29,465 bases of DNA from Myxococcota bacterium (lineage in GTDB: Bacteria > Myxococcota > UBA727 > VGSZ01), in NCBI GenBank assembly GCA_044349155.1, contig JBIKRQ010000029.1:1-29465 (forward strand), written 5' to 3'. The notes under the pieces are model-generated. The model was given only the letters and a program-made list of their open reading frames with translations. It was not told the DNA's origin and made no database searches. This document shows positions 8,524 through 17,284 of this stretch, one piece after another (position 1 is the stretch's first letter; the number at the start of each line of letters is the position of its first letter). The position numbers and the translations under genes were made by a program.

Positions 8524-9783
8524 TCAGTCGCACGTGACGTAGAGCGGCTCGCTCGGAAACGGGCAGTCGGCGCCGTAGACCTCCAGGCCGAAGGTGTCGA
8601 CGGTGCAATCGCTCACGTCGCTTGTGCGGCAATCGTAGGCGAAGCCCCACGTGGGCAGCTCGCGGCTGCGGTTCTCGCCGACACCGCTGGTGCCAAACAA
8701 CTCGGAACACCACAGCTCTTCGGGGTGTGACGAGATGCTGCCGGTGCACACCTGGTGGTAGGCGCCGTCGACTTCGACCTCGAGGAAACCGTCGCGCGCG
8801 TTTTCGCCCTCGACGAGCCGCCCCGCCCCCAACGCGAGGCAGACGTAGCCGTGCAAGCCCGGTTCGATTTCGGCGTTGTAGCAGGTGCCAGCACCCTCGG
8901 GTGACGTGCAGCTCTCGTCCTCTTGCGCCGAGTCGCACGAGCAACTGCCCGAGTAGCACTGCTGATCGGCACCACACTGCCGACCACACGCGCCGCAGTT
9001 GTCTTCGTCTTCGCCGAAGTCGACGCACGTATCGCCGCAGCGATCGAACTCGTGCGCGGAGGTTGAGACGTTGTCGGCGCACAAGCACGTGGGCTCGATC
9101 GAGTCGCGCGTGATCGGGTCTTCGTCGACGCAACGCAACTGTGACGGGCACGCAACATCGCAGCGGCCGCAGTGATCGTCGTCGACAAAGCTGTCGTCAA
9201 CGCAAACGTCACCGCAGCGCACCTCGTTGCACACACCAGCACACGCGGCGGGTCCCTCGCACGTCAACGTGACGGTGAGGTCTTGCAGGGTTTCGTGGCC
9301 CGCTTGATCGAAGAAGCGCGCGCGCAACGGACGCGACGCGCTCGCCGCGAAGTCGATGGCGCGGGTGGTGTTGACCTCGTCCCAGCCAAGGCGAAGCTCG
9401 TACGCACCCTCGGCAGCGGAGGTTTGAAATGCGCCGTACGTGGCGTTGGTGACGGGGTCGAGCAGCACGCCGCCGATCAGGTCGTCGATTCCATCGGGGT
9501 CGGTGACGACGGCAGAGATCACGATGGTCGTCGACGGCGTGAACGTGGTGGTGTTGGCCGACAACGTCAAAATCGTGGGGCACCCGGCATCGAGACACGC
9601 GCCAGGCGGCGGCACATTTTCGCCTTCGCCTTCGCCGCTTTCGCCTTCGCCTTCATTGCCGTCGTCGTCGTCGTCGTCGTTGTTGGATGCGGGACGTCGC
9701 CCCGTTGGCTCGTCTTCGGTCGCCGGCGCACACGACACCACACACGAGATCAGCACAAGGCCAGGCAGGACACGCATTCTCAA
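8524..9783 (-). CDS. Secreted lipoprotein: lipobox, poly-Asp/(Gly-Glu) acidic linker, Cys-rich CG.C..C repeats, C-terminal SRCR-like domain.
   Basis: MRMRVLPGLVLISCVVSC (signal peptide plus L-I-S-C / V-V-S-C lipobox), then NNDDDDDDGNEGEGESGEGEGE. Multiple ..CGRCDVACPSQLRC.. and ..CGACGRQCGADQQCYSGSC.. motifs follow. The terminal ~100 aa RLVEGENARDGFLEVEVDGAYHQVCTGS..EELWCSELFGTSG..WGFAYDCRTSDVSDCTVDTFGLEVYGADCPFPSEPLYVTCD fits the SRCR pattern (RLV.G...G.VEV...G.WG.VC...ak.vC..LG...W.ddv.C.G.E..L.dC....G...C.h.EDagV.C). Confidence 0.7.
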   Translation of the reverse strand: MRMRVLPGLVLISCVVSCAPATEDEPTGRRPASNNDDDDDDGNEGEGESGEGEGENVPPPGACLDAGCPTILTLSANTTTFTPSTTIVISAVVTDPDGIDDLIGGVLLDPVTNATYGAFQTSAAEGAYELRLGWDEVNTTRAIDFAASASRPLRARFFDQAGHETLQDLTVTLTCEGPAACAGVCNEVRCGDVCVDDSFVDDDHCGRCDVACPSQLRCVDEDPITRDSIEPTCLCADNVSTSAHEFDRCGDTCVDFGEDEDNCGACGRQCGADQQCYSGSCSCDSAQEDESCTSPEGAGTCYNAEIEPGLHGYVCLALGAGRLVEGENARDGFLEVEVDGAYHQVCTGSISSHPEELWCSELFGTSGVGENRSRELPTWGFAYDCRTSDVSDCTVDTFGLEVYGADCPFPSEPLYVTCD

Positions 9784-9876
9784 ACTCCCGCGATGGCCAC
9801 GTCGTGCGCACCGTAGCGTGAAATCATTTCATTTGGCGCAGATCTTCGTGGTGTTATCGCTGGCATTCCGTCGGAG

Positions 9877-12594
9877 ATGTTGAACTCCAACCTTGCGCTC
9901 ACGTCGACAGCACGGAAGTCTGTTGTCGTGACCAAGGCCTCTGCCGACTCTGTGCAGCCTGTCGACACCGGCGGTCAAACGCTGGTGGCGAAGTCGCGGC
10001 CCACCACCGAGGCGCCCAACCTCGACGGCGAAGCGGTGCGCACGATCATCGAGCTCGAAGCCGCGCGCCCCACGTTGTCAGCGCAGCCGACGTTCACCGC
10101 ACGCCCCACCATCACGGTGCGGCCCACGTTCACCGCGCGCTCAACGCGATCGCTTACCCCCGAGGTCGATGGCTCCGCCGAGCTGCAAAACGCTGGCACC
10201 ATCGTCGAGCTCGCAGCGGGGGCGATCACGTCGGTGGTCGCGTCGTCGGAAGGCATCGCTGCTCCTGCCGCGCGAGCCACGTCGCAGGTCCGCTACGACC
10301 TCGTTGGCGAGATCGGACGCGGCGGTGGTGGCGATGTCTTCGAGGTCAAAGACAACGACCTCAAGCGCCACGTTGCGCTCAAGCGCTTGCGCAAAGAGCA
10401 CATTGATCGCGGGCTGCTCGCGTTGTTTCTGCAAGAGGCACAGCTCACCGCACAGCTCGAACACCCGAACATTGTCCCCGTGCATGAGCTGGGTTGCACC
10501 GCCACGGGCGAGCCATTTTTCACGATGAAGCGTGTGATCGGCCAGACGTTGCACGACGTGCTGGTGGGCGTTGCTCGTCGAGAACCGGCGTTTGTGGCGC
10601 GCTTTTCACGCACGCGGTTGCTCGTGGTGTTTTTGGAAATCACCCGCGGTGTGGCGCACGCGCATGCCCGTGGTGTGGTGCACTGCGATCTCAAGCCCGC
10701 CAACATTCTCATCGGCAACCACGGCGAAACCCTCGTCGCGGATTGGGGGTTGGCCACGCCCGATCGCCTGACGCCCGAGCCCATTGTTGGTGGCGCGCAG
10801 CTCTCGACCGTTGAGTGGCCCGGCGAACTCATCGACATGGGCGTGAGCGGCACGTTGCATGCGTTCGCGCCGGAGCAGGCACAGCATCTGCCCTTCGATC
10901 GCCGCATCGACGTCTACGCCCTCGGCGTCATCCTGTATGAGCTGCTCACCGGCGAGCGCCCGTTTGCGTGGAAGAACCTCGCTGAAGCAGCAGCGCCGCG
11001 ATCGTTGCCCGTGCCGCCGCGCGTGCGTGCGCCGCACAAAGACATCTCCGACGAGCTCGAGGCCATCTGCCTCAAGTGCTTGCAGCCCGATCCCAACAAC
11101 CGCTACGGCGGCGCCGGAGCCCTCAGCCTGGCGATGGAGAACGCGCTCACGGGCTCACGTCGTCGACAACAGGCGCAGCACGTGACCAGCGAAGCGCAGG
11201 TGTATCTCGCCACCATGCGTACGCTGCAGGCGCAGCAACAGCAGGTGCAGCACGAGATCGCCGCCCACCTCGACGTGATCAAACCCTGGGACGACGAAGC
11301 GGTGAAGGCACCCTTGTGGGCGGCCGAGCAGCGGCAGCAGCAGTTGGAGTTCGCCGTCGACGAAGCGCTCGCGTCCACCCTCGACTGCTTCAATCAAGCC
11401 CTCGGCCTCGACCCCGGCTTCGTTGCTGCCGAAGACGCGTTGGCCGACCTGCACCTCGAGCTGTTTCTCGAAGCCGAAGCGCACGGCCGTCATCGGGATC
11501 AACAGTTCCACCGCCGCCTCGTCGAGCGCCACCACCGTGGTCGTCATGCCGCGGTGTTGGCGGGGCGCGGCATCGTCACGCTGCGGCCGCGCATCAACGG
11601 TGTCGACGCCGTGGAGGCGCGCATCAGCGGTGTGGTGCTCGTTGAAGAGGGCAAGCGCATCGTTGCGGGCGAGGCATTGCTGTTGCCTGATGGCGTCGTG
11701 CACGAGTTGTCGGTGCCGATGGGCAGTGCGCTGTTCACCATCACGCCACCAGCACACGAGCCGCCATTGGCCACCACGACGGTGCACGTCTACGTCGGCC
11801 GCTCCGGGCGCGTTGACCTCGACGTGAACCTGGTACCGCAAGCCGTACTCGTTGGTGGACACGCCGGCGGTGTGCACATTCCGGCGGGGCCGTTTCTCGC
11901 CGGTGGCGATGCCGAAGCACAAAACGCGGGCCCGCGTCGCGAGGTGGTGCTGGCCGACTTTGTCATCGCCAAAACGCCGGTCACGTGTGCTGAGTACCTG
12001 GTGTTCTTGAACGATGTGGCGCGCACCGATCTGGCCGCCGCACGTCGTCACGTGCCGCGCACCAAGCCCGAGGGCGGCGCGTTGTGGGAGCCCGACGAAC
12101 ACGGCGTGTACGCGCTGCCGACGGCCGACGCCGACGGCAATCCTGTCATCGCCGACGCTCCCGTGATGGGCGTGAGCTTCTTCGACGCCGAGGCCTACTG
12201 CGCGTGGAAGGCCCGCCTCGACGGCGTGCCCTGGCGTTTGCCGAGCGAAGACGAGTGGGAGAAAGCCGCGCGTGGCGTCGACGGCCGCTTCTTTCCGTGG
12301 GGCAACGGCTTCGATCCCACGTTCTGCAAAATGGCCACGTCACGTCCGGGGCGCCCACAACCCGAAGCGGTGATGAGCTACCCCGTCGACGTCAGCGTCT
12401 ATGGCGTCGCCGACACTGCTGGCGGCATTCGCGAGTGGTGCAACAGCTACTACGACGCCACCAAAGAGACGCGCACGCTGCGGGGCGGGGCCTGGTACTT
12501 CAACCCGAGCTTCTGCCGCACAGCGTTTCGTCACGGGTACCTGCCACACATCGTGTTCACGAACTTCGGCTTTCGCCTCGCCCGCGACGTGTAG
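9877..12594 (+). CDS. Eukaryotic-like Ser/Thr protein kinase fused to a C-terminal FGE-sulfatase (SUMF1/EgtB-type) domain.
   Basis: Kinase motifs: G-loop IGRGGGGDVFEV, VALKRL (beta3 Lys), catalytic loop HCDLKPANIL, DWGLA (DFG-equivalent), APEQ, DVYALGVILYELLTG. The C-terminal region ..ADAEAQNAGPRREV.., ..RGGAWYFNPSFCRTAFRHGYLPHIVFTNFGFRLARD matches the FGE-sulfatase signature (RGGSW...R.A.R......GFR). The ~130-aa N-terminal low-complexity leader precedes the kinase domain. Confidence 0.85.
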   Translation: MLNSNLALTSTARKSVVVTKASADSVQPVDTGGQTLVAKSRPTTEAPNLDGEAVRTIIELEAARPTLSAQPTFTARPTITVRPTFTARSTRSLTPEVDGSAELQNAGTIVELAAGAITSVVASSEGIAAPAARATSQVRYDLVGEIGRGGGGDVFEVKDNDLKRHVALKRLRKEHIDRGLLALFLQEAQLTAQLEHPNIVPVHELGCTATGEPFFTMKRVIGQTLHDVLVGVARREPAFVARFSRTRLLVVFLEITRGVAHAHARGVVHCDLKPANILIGNHGETLVADWGLATPDRLTPEPIVGGAQLSTVEWPGELIDMGVSGTLHAFAPEQAQHLPFDRRIDVYALGVILYELLTGERPFAWKNLAEAAAPRSLPVPPRVRAPHKDISDELEAICLKCLQPDPNNRYGGAGALSLAMENALTGSRRRQQAQHVTSEAQVYLATMRTLQAQQQQVQHEIAAHLDVIKPWDDEAVKAPLWAAEQRQQQLEFAVDEALASTLDCFNQALGLDPGFVAAEDALADLHLELFLEAEAHGRHRDQQFHRRLVERHHRGRHAAVLAGRGIVTLRPRINGVDAVEARISGVVLVEEGKRIVAGEALLLPDGVVHELSVPMGSALFTITPPAHEPPLATTTVHVYVGRSGRVDLDVNLVPQAVLVGGHAGGVHIPAGPFLAGGDAEAQNAGPRREVVLADFVIAKTPVTCAEYLVFLNDVARTDLAAARRHVPRTKPEGGALWEPDEHGVYALPTADADGNPVIADAPVMGVSFFDAEAYCAWKARLDGVPWRLPSEDEWEKAARGVDGRFFPWGNGFDPTFCKMATSRPGRPQPEAVMSYPVDVSVYGVADTAGGIREWCNSYYDATKETRTLRGGAWYFNPSFCRTAFRHGYLPHIVFTNFGFRLARDV

Positions 12595-12608
12595 GCGTGT
12601 CCGTTCGG

Positions 12609-13808
12609 CTACGGCGCAACACACTCGTCGACAGAGCGCGGCCGACACTGCTCATCAGCGCGGCAGTCCGCAGCAACCGTGCAGACCCGGCCGGCTTCAC
12701 CGTCGAGGTTGACGCATCGATCGCGCACGACGCCGTCACAGAGGTCGCTCGCGCACTCGGCGTTCTCGGCGCACCGCTGGCCATCTGGTCGACGACACGT
12801 GCCGTTTGCGCAGAGATCGCCAAAGAGATCCTGCGCGCAGTCCGTGTCTGCGGTGCACGCGTCGCCAATGCTGCCGACCTCGACGCAAACACCTTCACGG
12901 CACTCTTGGGCCACGCCACCAAACAGCCCGAGCAGTGCGCAACGAACGGAATCGGTGCACGTCGCAGCGCACGTGCCGTCGAAGCAGGAATTGAGGCCAC
13001 ATTCGGCGTCGCTGTCGCAGCCTCCATTCAGGGCCTGTGACACACACACGCCGTCGAAGCAGCCGGCGAACACCGATGCGCAGTCGGTGTCGGCGGTGCA
13101 GCTGTCGCCAAGCGAACGCGTCTGGCACTCCCCGTCGTTGCACACCAGATCGCTGGCGCAGTCGTCGTCGTCGCTGCACAAAGCACCGATGTCGCCCGAT
13201 GCGCAGGCATTCGCGACGCAGTGGGTGCTGCTGCAATCGTTGTCGACGACGCAATCAGCGCCATCAGCACCTGAGCCGCAGCGCTCTTCGACGCAAAAGC
13301 CGCTGTCGCAACCGTCGTCATCGGTGCACGCGCCGCCGAGTGCGCTCGAGGCCACCAGGCAACGGTCACCGTCGCTCACGCCGCTGGTGCAGATGTAGAC
13401 GTCGCCTTGAAATGTGGCGCACCCGGTGTCGCGCGAGCACGGTTGGCCCGGCGAAGCACGACACGCGCCGTCGTCGCCGCAGGAATCGCTCGCGCAGTGG
13501 GTATCGGCGTTGCATTCCTCGCCATCGAATCGCGTGTGCTCGACGTAGCAGGTGGGCACAGTGCGTCCGTCGAAGGCTGCGCAAAACAGGTTGGCGCCGC
13601 AGGCGTCTGTGCCAAAGGCGAGGCAGCACGATTCACTGGGGCCGCGGCTGCGCTGAGCAAGGGCGCATGCATCTTCATCGTCGACGTCCACCTCGTCGTC
13701 GTCCACCTCATCGACGCCACTGTCTGGACCAGCGGTGGTGGGCGCTGGACACGACACAACGAGCAACGCGAGCGACATGGCAAACAGCACGGCTGATGAG
13801 CGGGGCAT
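12609..13808 (-). CDS. Secreted lipoprotein with acidic linker and ~10 tandem Cys-rich repeats (C..D.DC.S..C....C type).
   Basis: MPRSSAVLFAMSLALLVVSC (lipobox VVSC), then DEVDDDEVDVDDED. Repeated ..GEECNADTHCASDSCGDDGACR.., ..GGACTDDDGCDSGFCVEERC.., ..GALCSDDDDCASDLVCNDGECQ.., ..GDSCTADTDCASVFAGCFDGVCV.. follow. It is convergent with the kinase gene and immediately downstream (same strand) of SAHH-fold paralogue 2. Confidence 0.7.
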   Translation of the reverse strand: MPRSSAVLFAMSLALLVVSCPAPTTAGPDSGVDEVDDDEVDVDDEDACALAQRSRGPSESCCLAFGTDACGANLFCAAFDGRTVPTCYVEHTRFDGEECNADTHCASDSCGDDGACRASPGQPCSRDTGCATFQGDVYICTSGVSDGDRCLVASSALGGACTDDDGCDSGFCVEERCGSGADGADCVVDNDCSSTHCVANACASGDIGALCSDDDDCASDLVCNDGECQTRSLGDSCTADTDCASVFAGCFDGVCVSQALNGGCDSDAECGLNSCFDGTCAATCTDSVRCALLGLFGGVAQECREGVCVEVGSIGDACTADTDCAQDLFGDLCANGTCRRPDGQRCAENAECASDLCDGVVRDRCVNLDGEAGRVCTVAADCRADEQCRPRSVDECVAP

Positions 13809-13885
13809 GAGACCTCCAAAAAGCGGAAGTCAGTGCTGCCATTTCAACGTGCGACGCAGTGGGACACATGTCCCAGTCTCCGAAC

Positions 13886-16800
13886 TCACCCCAACATGAG
13901 CGGCGCATGCCGGAGCGACTCAAGCTCCACGGCATCTCCCGGGAGCGTGTAGTCGATGACGACGTGGAAGGGGCGCTCCGGATCGGGTCGATGAACGCCA
14001 CGAAACACCGCGTCGTGCGGCAGGCGCACCGCGCGAGCATCGCCACCTGGGACCAACGGCGTGAGCACCAGTGCGCCGTCTGCCGCCCGCCCGACGACCA
14101 GCGGCGTCTCGCTTGCCGGCAGCAGCTGCACGGCTTCCACTTCGACGACGGAGCGCGGCAGTCGGATCTGGGCAAAGTGGCGCCCGACGGTGGTGTCGTG
14201 CACGTCGTGGACAAAGAGGCGCGCTGGTGTGCGCTGCACCTCGACAACGACCTGCTCCGCAGCGCTGACGTACAGCGCTGGCCCTGTGCCCTTGCGTGTG
14301 AGCGTCTCGAGTTGCGCCGTGCCGGGAAACGAACGCTGAAGGGTGGAGCCCACCTCGACGACGATCGATGTCGCAGCGCCGACATCGCGCACAGCCACGC
14401 GGCGATCGAAAGGTTGCGCAGGTGTTGCGGTGAACGCGCTCGTGGCGCGCTCGATCATGGAAAACCACTTGCGTCCAGTACTCGCATCAACGCCGTCGAC
14501 GTACCACGCGTTTGCTTCGGGCTCGGTGAGTGCCACCAGCGACCGGGGCACCGATGGCAACGTCACCGTCAGCGATGCAGCGCCCACGACGTCGCCGCGG
14601 CTCGTGTCGACAGCGCGCACCTGGCCGTCGTCGTCGGCGAAGATGTACAAGCCGGGGCGCTCGCCGACCTGGTTCGGCGGCGGGCACACGCCACGAGGCA
14701 AGCGTGCAAGGTAGGCCATCCACTCGTCGTGCCGTGCGGCGCCAACGACGAGGTCGGGACGCTGTGCAGCTCCGCGCGGCGACGCAGCTGTGCGATCCAG
14801 AACGGGCGTCTGCGGTCCACCGCGGGCGTCCCACGTGTTCTCGGCGAGCGTGCCGAGTGCAGGATCGAGCTCGACGAGACCAGGTGCTGAGGCCGACACA
14901 TCTTGCACGACGGCGGCGAACAACAACGCGCGCGTCAGCGCGATGTTCTCGGCCGTGAGGTTCTCGTATCCGTCGCCGTGAAAGTTGGCGGGACGGCCTC
15001 GATTCAGAATGGTGATGCCCTCGCTGCGGTGGCTGTCGATCTGCACCGCATCGAATTCAATCGCTGCCGACGACCCGCTCATCAACGCACCATCGAAGTC
15101 CTTGAGCATGTCGCCGCGCAGCGAGGTGTGGCCGGTGCACGACAAGATGACGTCGACGTGGTCGCTGATGCGATCGACGGAGTCGTGGGCGACAAAGCCT
15201 GCGGTGGTGGCACGCGCACGTGCTTCGGCCTTGGTGTCGACGAGCTCGACGTCGAAGCCTGCTGCACGCAAGTGCTTCGCCGTGTTGATTCCAATGGTGC
15301 CAGCGCTCACGACGCCGACACGCGCCTGGTCCGACAAGCGGCTGGCCTGCGTTGACTCCAACAGCAGCGCCTCGGCGAGCGCCCAGCCAACAACGTCGCC
15401 TTCCCGCTGTTTTGGCGCCGACGAAGCAACAGCAACCGTGCGGTAGGCGATGGGCTGTTTCTTCAACTCGGTCAGGCCGCGCGTGGTCTGCTCAACAGCA
15501 TCGGTGAACGTGGGGTCGAAGAGCTGTTGCAAGGTGGTCGAAGACGCGCCGCTGTCGGGGACCGGCTTTTGTCCGGCGATGATCGTCTGCAACATGCCGC
15601 CGTCGTCGAGCAGCTTCCACCCGTTGGCTGGGGCGACCGCCGTGCGCACGACTTCGTTGAGAAAGCGGTGCACTTCGCCGATGCGGTGTTCCTCAAACCC
15701 ACGGGTGTTGCCGCCCGTATCGCTGCCCACCATCACGTTGACGCCGAGGGTGCGCAGATACGACGCGACGAGGGGATTCGACGCGTACGGTGTTCCAAGG
15801 ATGAACATCTGCGAAGGGTCCATGCCCTTTTCGATCATCGCCTCGATCATCGGCACGATCGTGGGAAACAGATGCTGCACAGCAACAAGGCCGCGGCCCG
15901 CCACGGCGTCGTGGGGCACCCGATCTTTGACGACGTCGAGGACCGCGAGCTGCTTCGGCACAAGCCCACTGTCGCGCACGAGCACATCGATCAGCGGCCG
16001 CGCCGTGTGCGCTGGCATCGACAGGCGCAGCTCTTCGATCACCCGCGAGGCAAACGTGTAGTTCGGGCGCGCAGGCGTACCGAGGGCAGCAGCATCGTTG
16101 AGCGAGCGGGCGATGGCAGTACCGACGGCGCCAAAGTCACGGCAGAATCGCGGCCAGTCGACCTGGTTTGTCGTCGACGAGGGATAGCGGGCGAGCAGTT
16201 GCACCAACGCTGCGGCCACGACAGCCGGATCGGCGTTCGAGGCGCCCTGGCGCACGAGGGGCGAAAGGGCTGCGCCAAGGCTCTGCTGACCACGCCGAAC
16301 CATGAAGCCGCCGACGCCATCGAGCGTGTGGTTCAGCAGGCCGGGCGCACCCGCAAGTTCACGGGCGGCGATCTGCAAGGCGCCACCGGCACCGTAGCCG
16401 AGCACCTCGAGCAATTTCGTCGACGTCACGCGCGTGCTGATGCCATCGGGGAGCGTTACAGCGGCAGCCGCCGACAACGACGCAGCGCCGGTGACGCGCG
16501 CAGCCTTCGCCGCGGTCGGCGCCTCAACCACATCGACGACGACAGCAGGTGTGCAGAGGGCCGCGAGCACGCGGTCGCACTCGCTCGATGGACACAAGCG
16601 GTCGATCTTTTCGCGCAGGGTGAGCTGCTGCTCGACCCAACGGTCCTGTTGTGTTGTCCAATGTCCCGACGTTGGTGGCGTCGGCAGTCGTTGCAACGTG
16701 CCAGCGGAGAACGCCTCCAGCGCATTCTTCAGCGCCTGGCCAACGACAACGCCTTCGGCGCCGAGCTCCTCGAGAACATCAACGGGGACTGGTTTGTTCG

Positions 16801-17143
16801 CATCGAAGTGAACAGCCCGCGCGAGCAACACGGCCAGCAGCGCAGCGCCGTCGCCGACGTTCGGTTCACCAGCAACAGCGGTGCGCGTCCGCAGCGCCAG
16901 ATCGAGTTTGCTCTCGCGGTGCTTGGTAAGCGCGTTGGCGACGAGCGCGCCCACCTCGGGGGCAGCGTCGAGCACGTCGAGCAGCTGGTGCATTGGCGGC
17001 GTGTGGGACAGGCCCCAGGGGCTGCTGGTGGCGCCAACCACCGGCGGGTCGCGGCTCAGGCCAGCACGCAAAATTCTCGCCTGGAAGTCGTTCGACGACG
17101 ACAACCACTGAGCGGGGATCACCTGCGCGCGAATGACGGGCAT
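13886..17143 (-). CDS. Large (~1085 aa) protein with an AdoHcyase-like (SAHH) fold core, paralogue 2 of the 5551..8401 gene.
   Basis: The same motif series as paralogue 1. DRVPHDAVAGRGLVAVQHLFPTIVPMIEAMIEKG (substrate-domain His). LGTPYASNPLVASYLRTLGVNVMV. WKLLDDGGMLQTIIAG (DDGG). AVEQTTRGLTELK. Rossmann ARVGVVSAGTIGINTAKHLRAAGFDVELVDT. VDVILSCTGHTSLRGDMLKDFDGALMSGSSAAIEFD. Start at MPVIRAQVIPAQW (ATG 17143); the 26 upstream codons of the track ORF look non-coding. Confidence 0.7.
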   Translation of the reverse strand: MPVIRAQVIPAQWLSSSNDFQARILRAGLSRDPPVVGATSSPWGLSHTPPMHQLLDVLDAAPEVGALVANALTKHRESKLDLALRTRTAVAGEPNVGDGAALLAVLLARAVHFDANKPVPVDVLEELGAEGVVVGQALKNALEAFSAGTLQRLPTPPTSGHWTTQQDRWVEQQLTLREKIDRLCPSSECDRVLAALCTPAVVVDVVEAPTAAKAARVTGAASLSAAAAVTLPDGISTRVTSTKLLEVLGYGAGGALQIAARELAGAPGLLNHTLDGVGGFMVRRGQQSLGAALSPLVRQGASNADPAVVAAALVQLLARYPSSTTNQVDWPRFCRDFGAVGTAIARSLNDAAALGTPARPNYTFASRVIEELRLSMPAHTARPLIDVLVRDSGLVPKQLAVLDVVKDRVPHDAVAGRGLVAVQHLFPTIVPMIEAMIEKGMDPSQMFILGTPYASNPLVASYLRTLGVNVMVGSDTGGNTRGFEEHRIGEVHRFLNEVVRTAVAPANGWKLLDDGGMLQTIIAGQKPVPDSGASSTTLQQLFDPTFTDAVEQTTRGLTELKKQPIAYRTVAVASSAPKQREGDVVGWALAEALLLESTQASRLSDQARVGVVSAGTIGINTAKHLRAAGFDVELVDTKAEARARATTAGFVAHDSVDRISDHVDVILSCTGHTSLRGDMLKDFDGALMSGSSAAIEFDAVQIDSHRSEGITILNRGRPANFHGDGYENLTAENIALTRALLFAAVVQDVSASAPGLVELDPALGTLAENTWDARGGPQTPVLDRTAASPRGAAQRPDLVVGAARHDEWMAYLARLPRGVCPPPNQVGERPGLYIFADDDGQVRAVDTSRGDVVGAASLTVTLPSVPRSLVALTEPEANAWYVDGVDASTGRKWFSMIERATSAFTATPAQPFDRRVAVRDVGAATSIVVEVGSTLQRSFPGTAQLETLTRKGTGPALYVSAAEQVVVEVQRTPARLFVHDVHDTTVGRHFAQIRLPRSVVEVEAVQLLPASETPLVVGRAADGALVLTPLVPGGDARAVRLPHDAVFRGVHRPDPERPFHVVIDYTLPGDAVELESLRHAPLMLG

Positions 17144-17258
17144 GTCGAGTTCTACTCTGTTCACGCGATGTGGGGGTGACATTTGCGGGGAAACTTCCCG
17201 CCGATCACCCCGTGAGTTCATGGATTTGTCGTGCCGACAACCCCATGAATATCAACAT

Positions 17259-17284
17259 GAATTCGACCGCCAGCGGTCGAATTC
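17259..17284. promoter_or_regulatory. Perfect 26-bp palindrome GAATTCGACCGC-CA-GCGGTCGAATTC in the divergent promoter region between SAHH-fold paralogue 2 and the Crp/Fnr-family regulator gene. Candidate operator.
   Basis: Direct reading shows 12-bp arms that are exact reverse complements with a 2-nt spacer. Nearby direct repeats catgaat/catgaatt and the inverted pair ttcatgg..ccatgaa occur at 17219-17262. Confidence 0.5.

Noticed and set aside
12679-13810. + strand ORFs (12679..13398, 13037..13810) over the Cys-rich lipoprotein gene.
   Set aside because: Ser/Pro/Arg-rich antisense translations. The minus-strand frame shows a signal peptide, lipobox and regular Cys-repeat periodicity.
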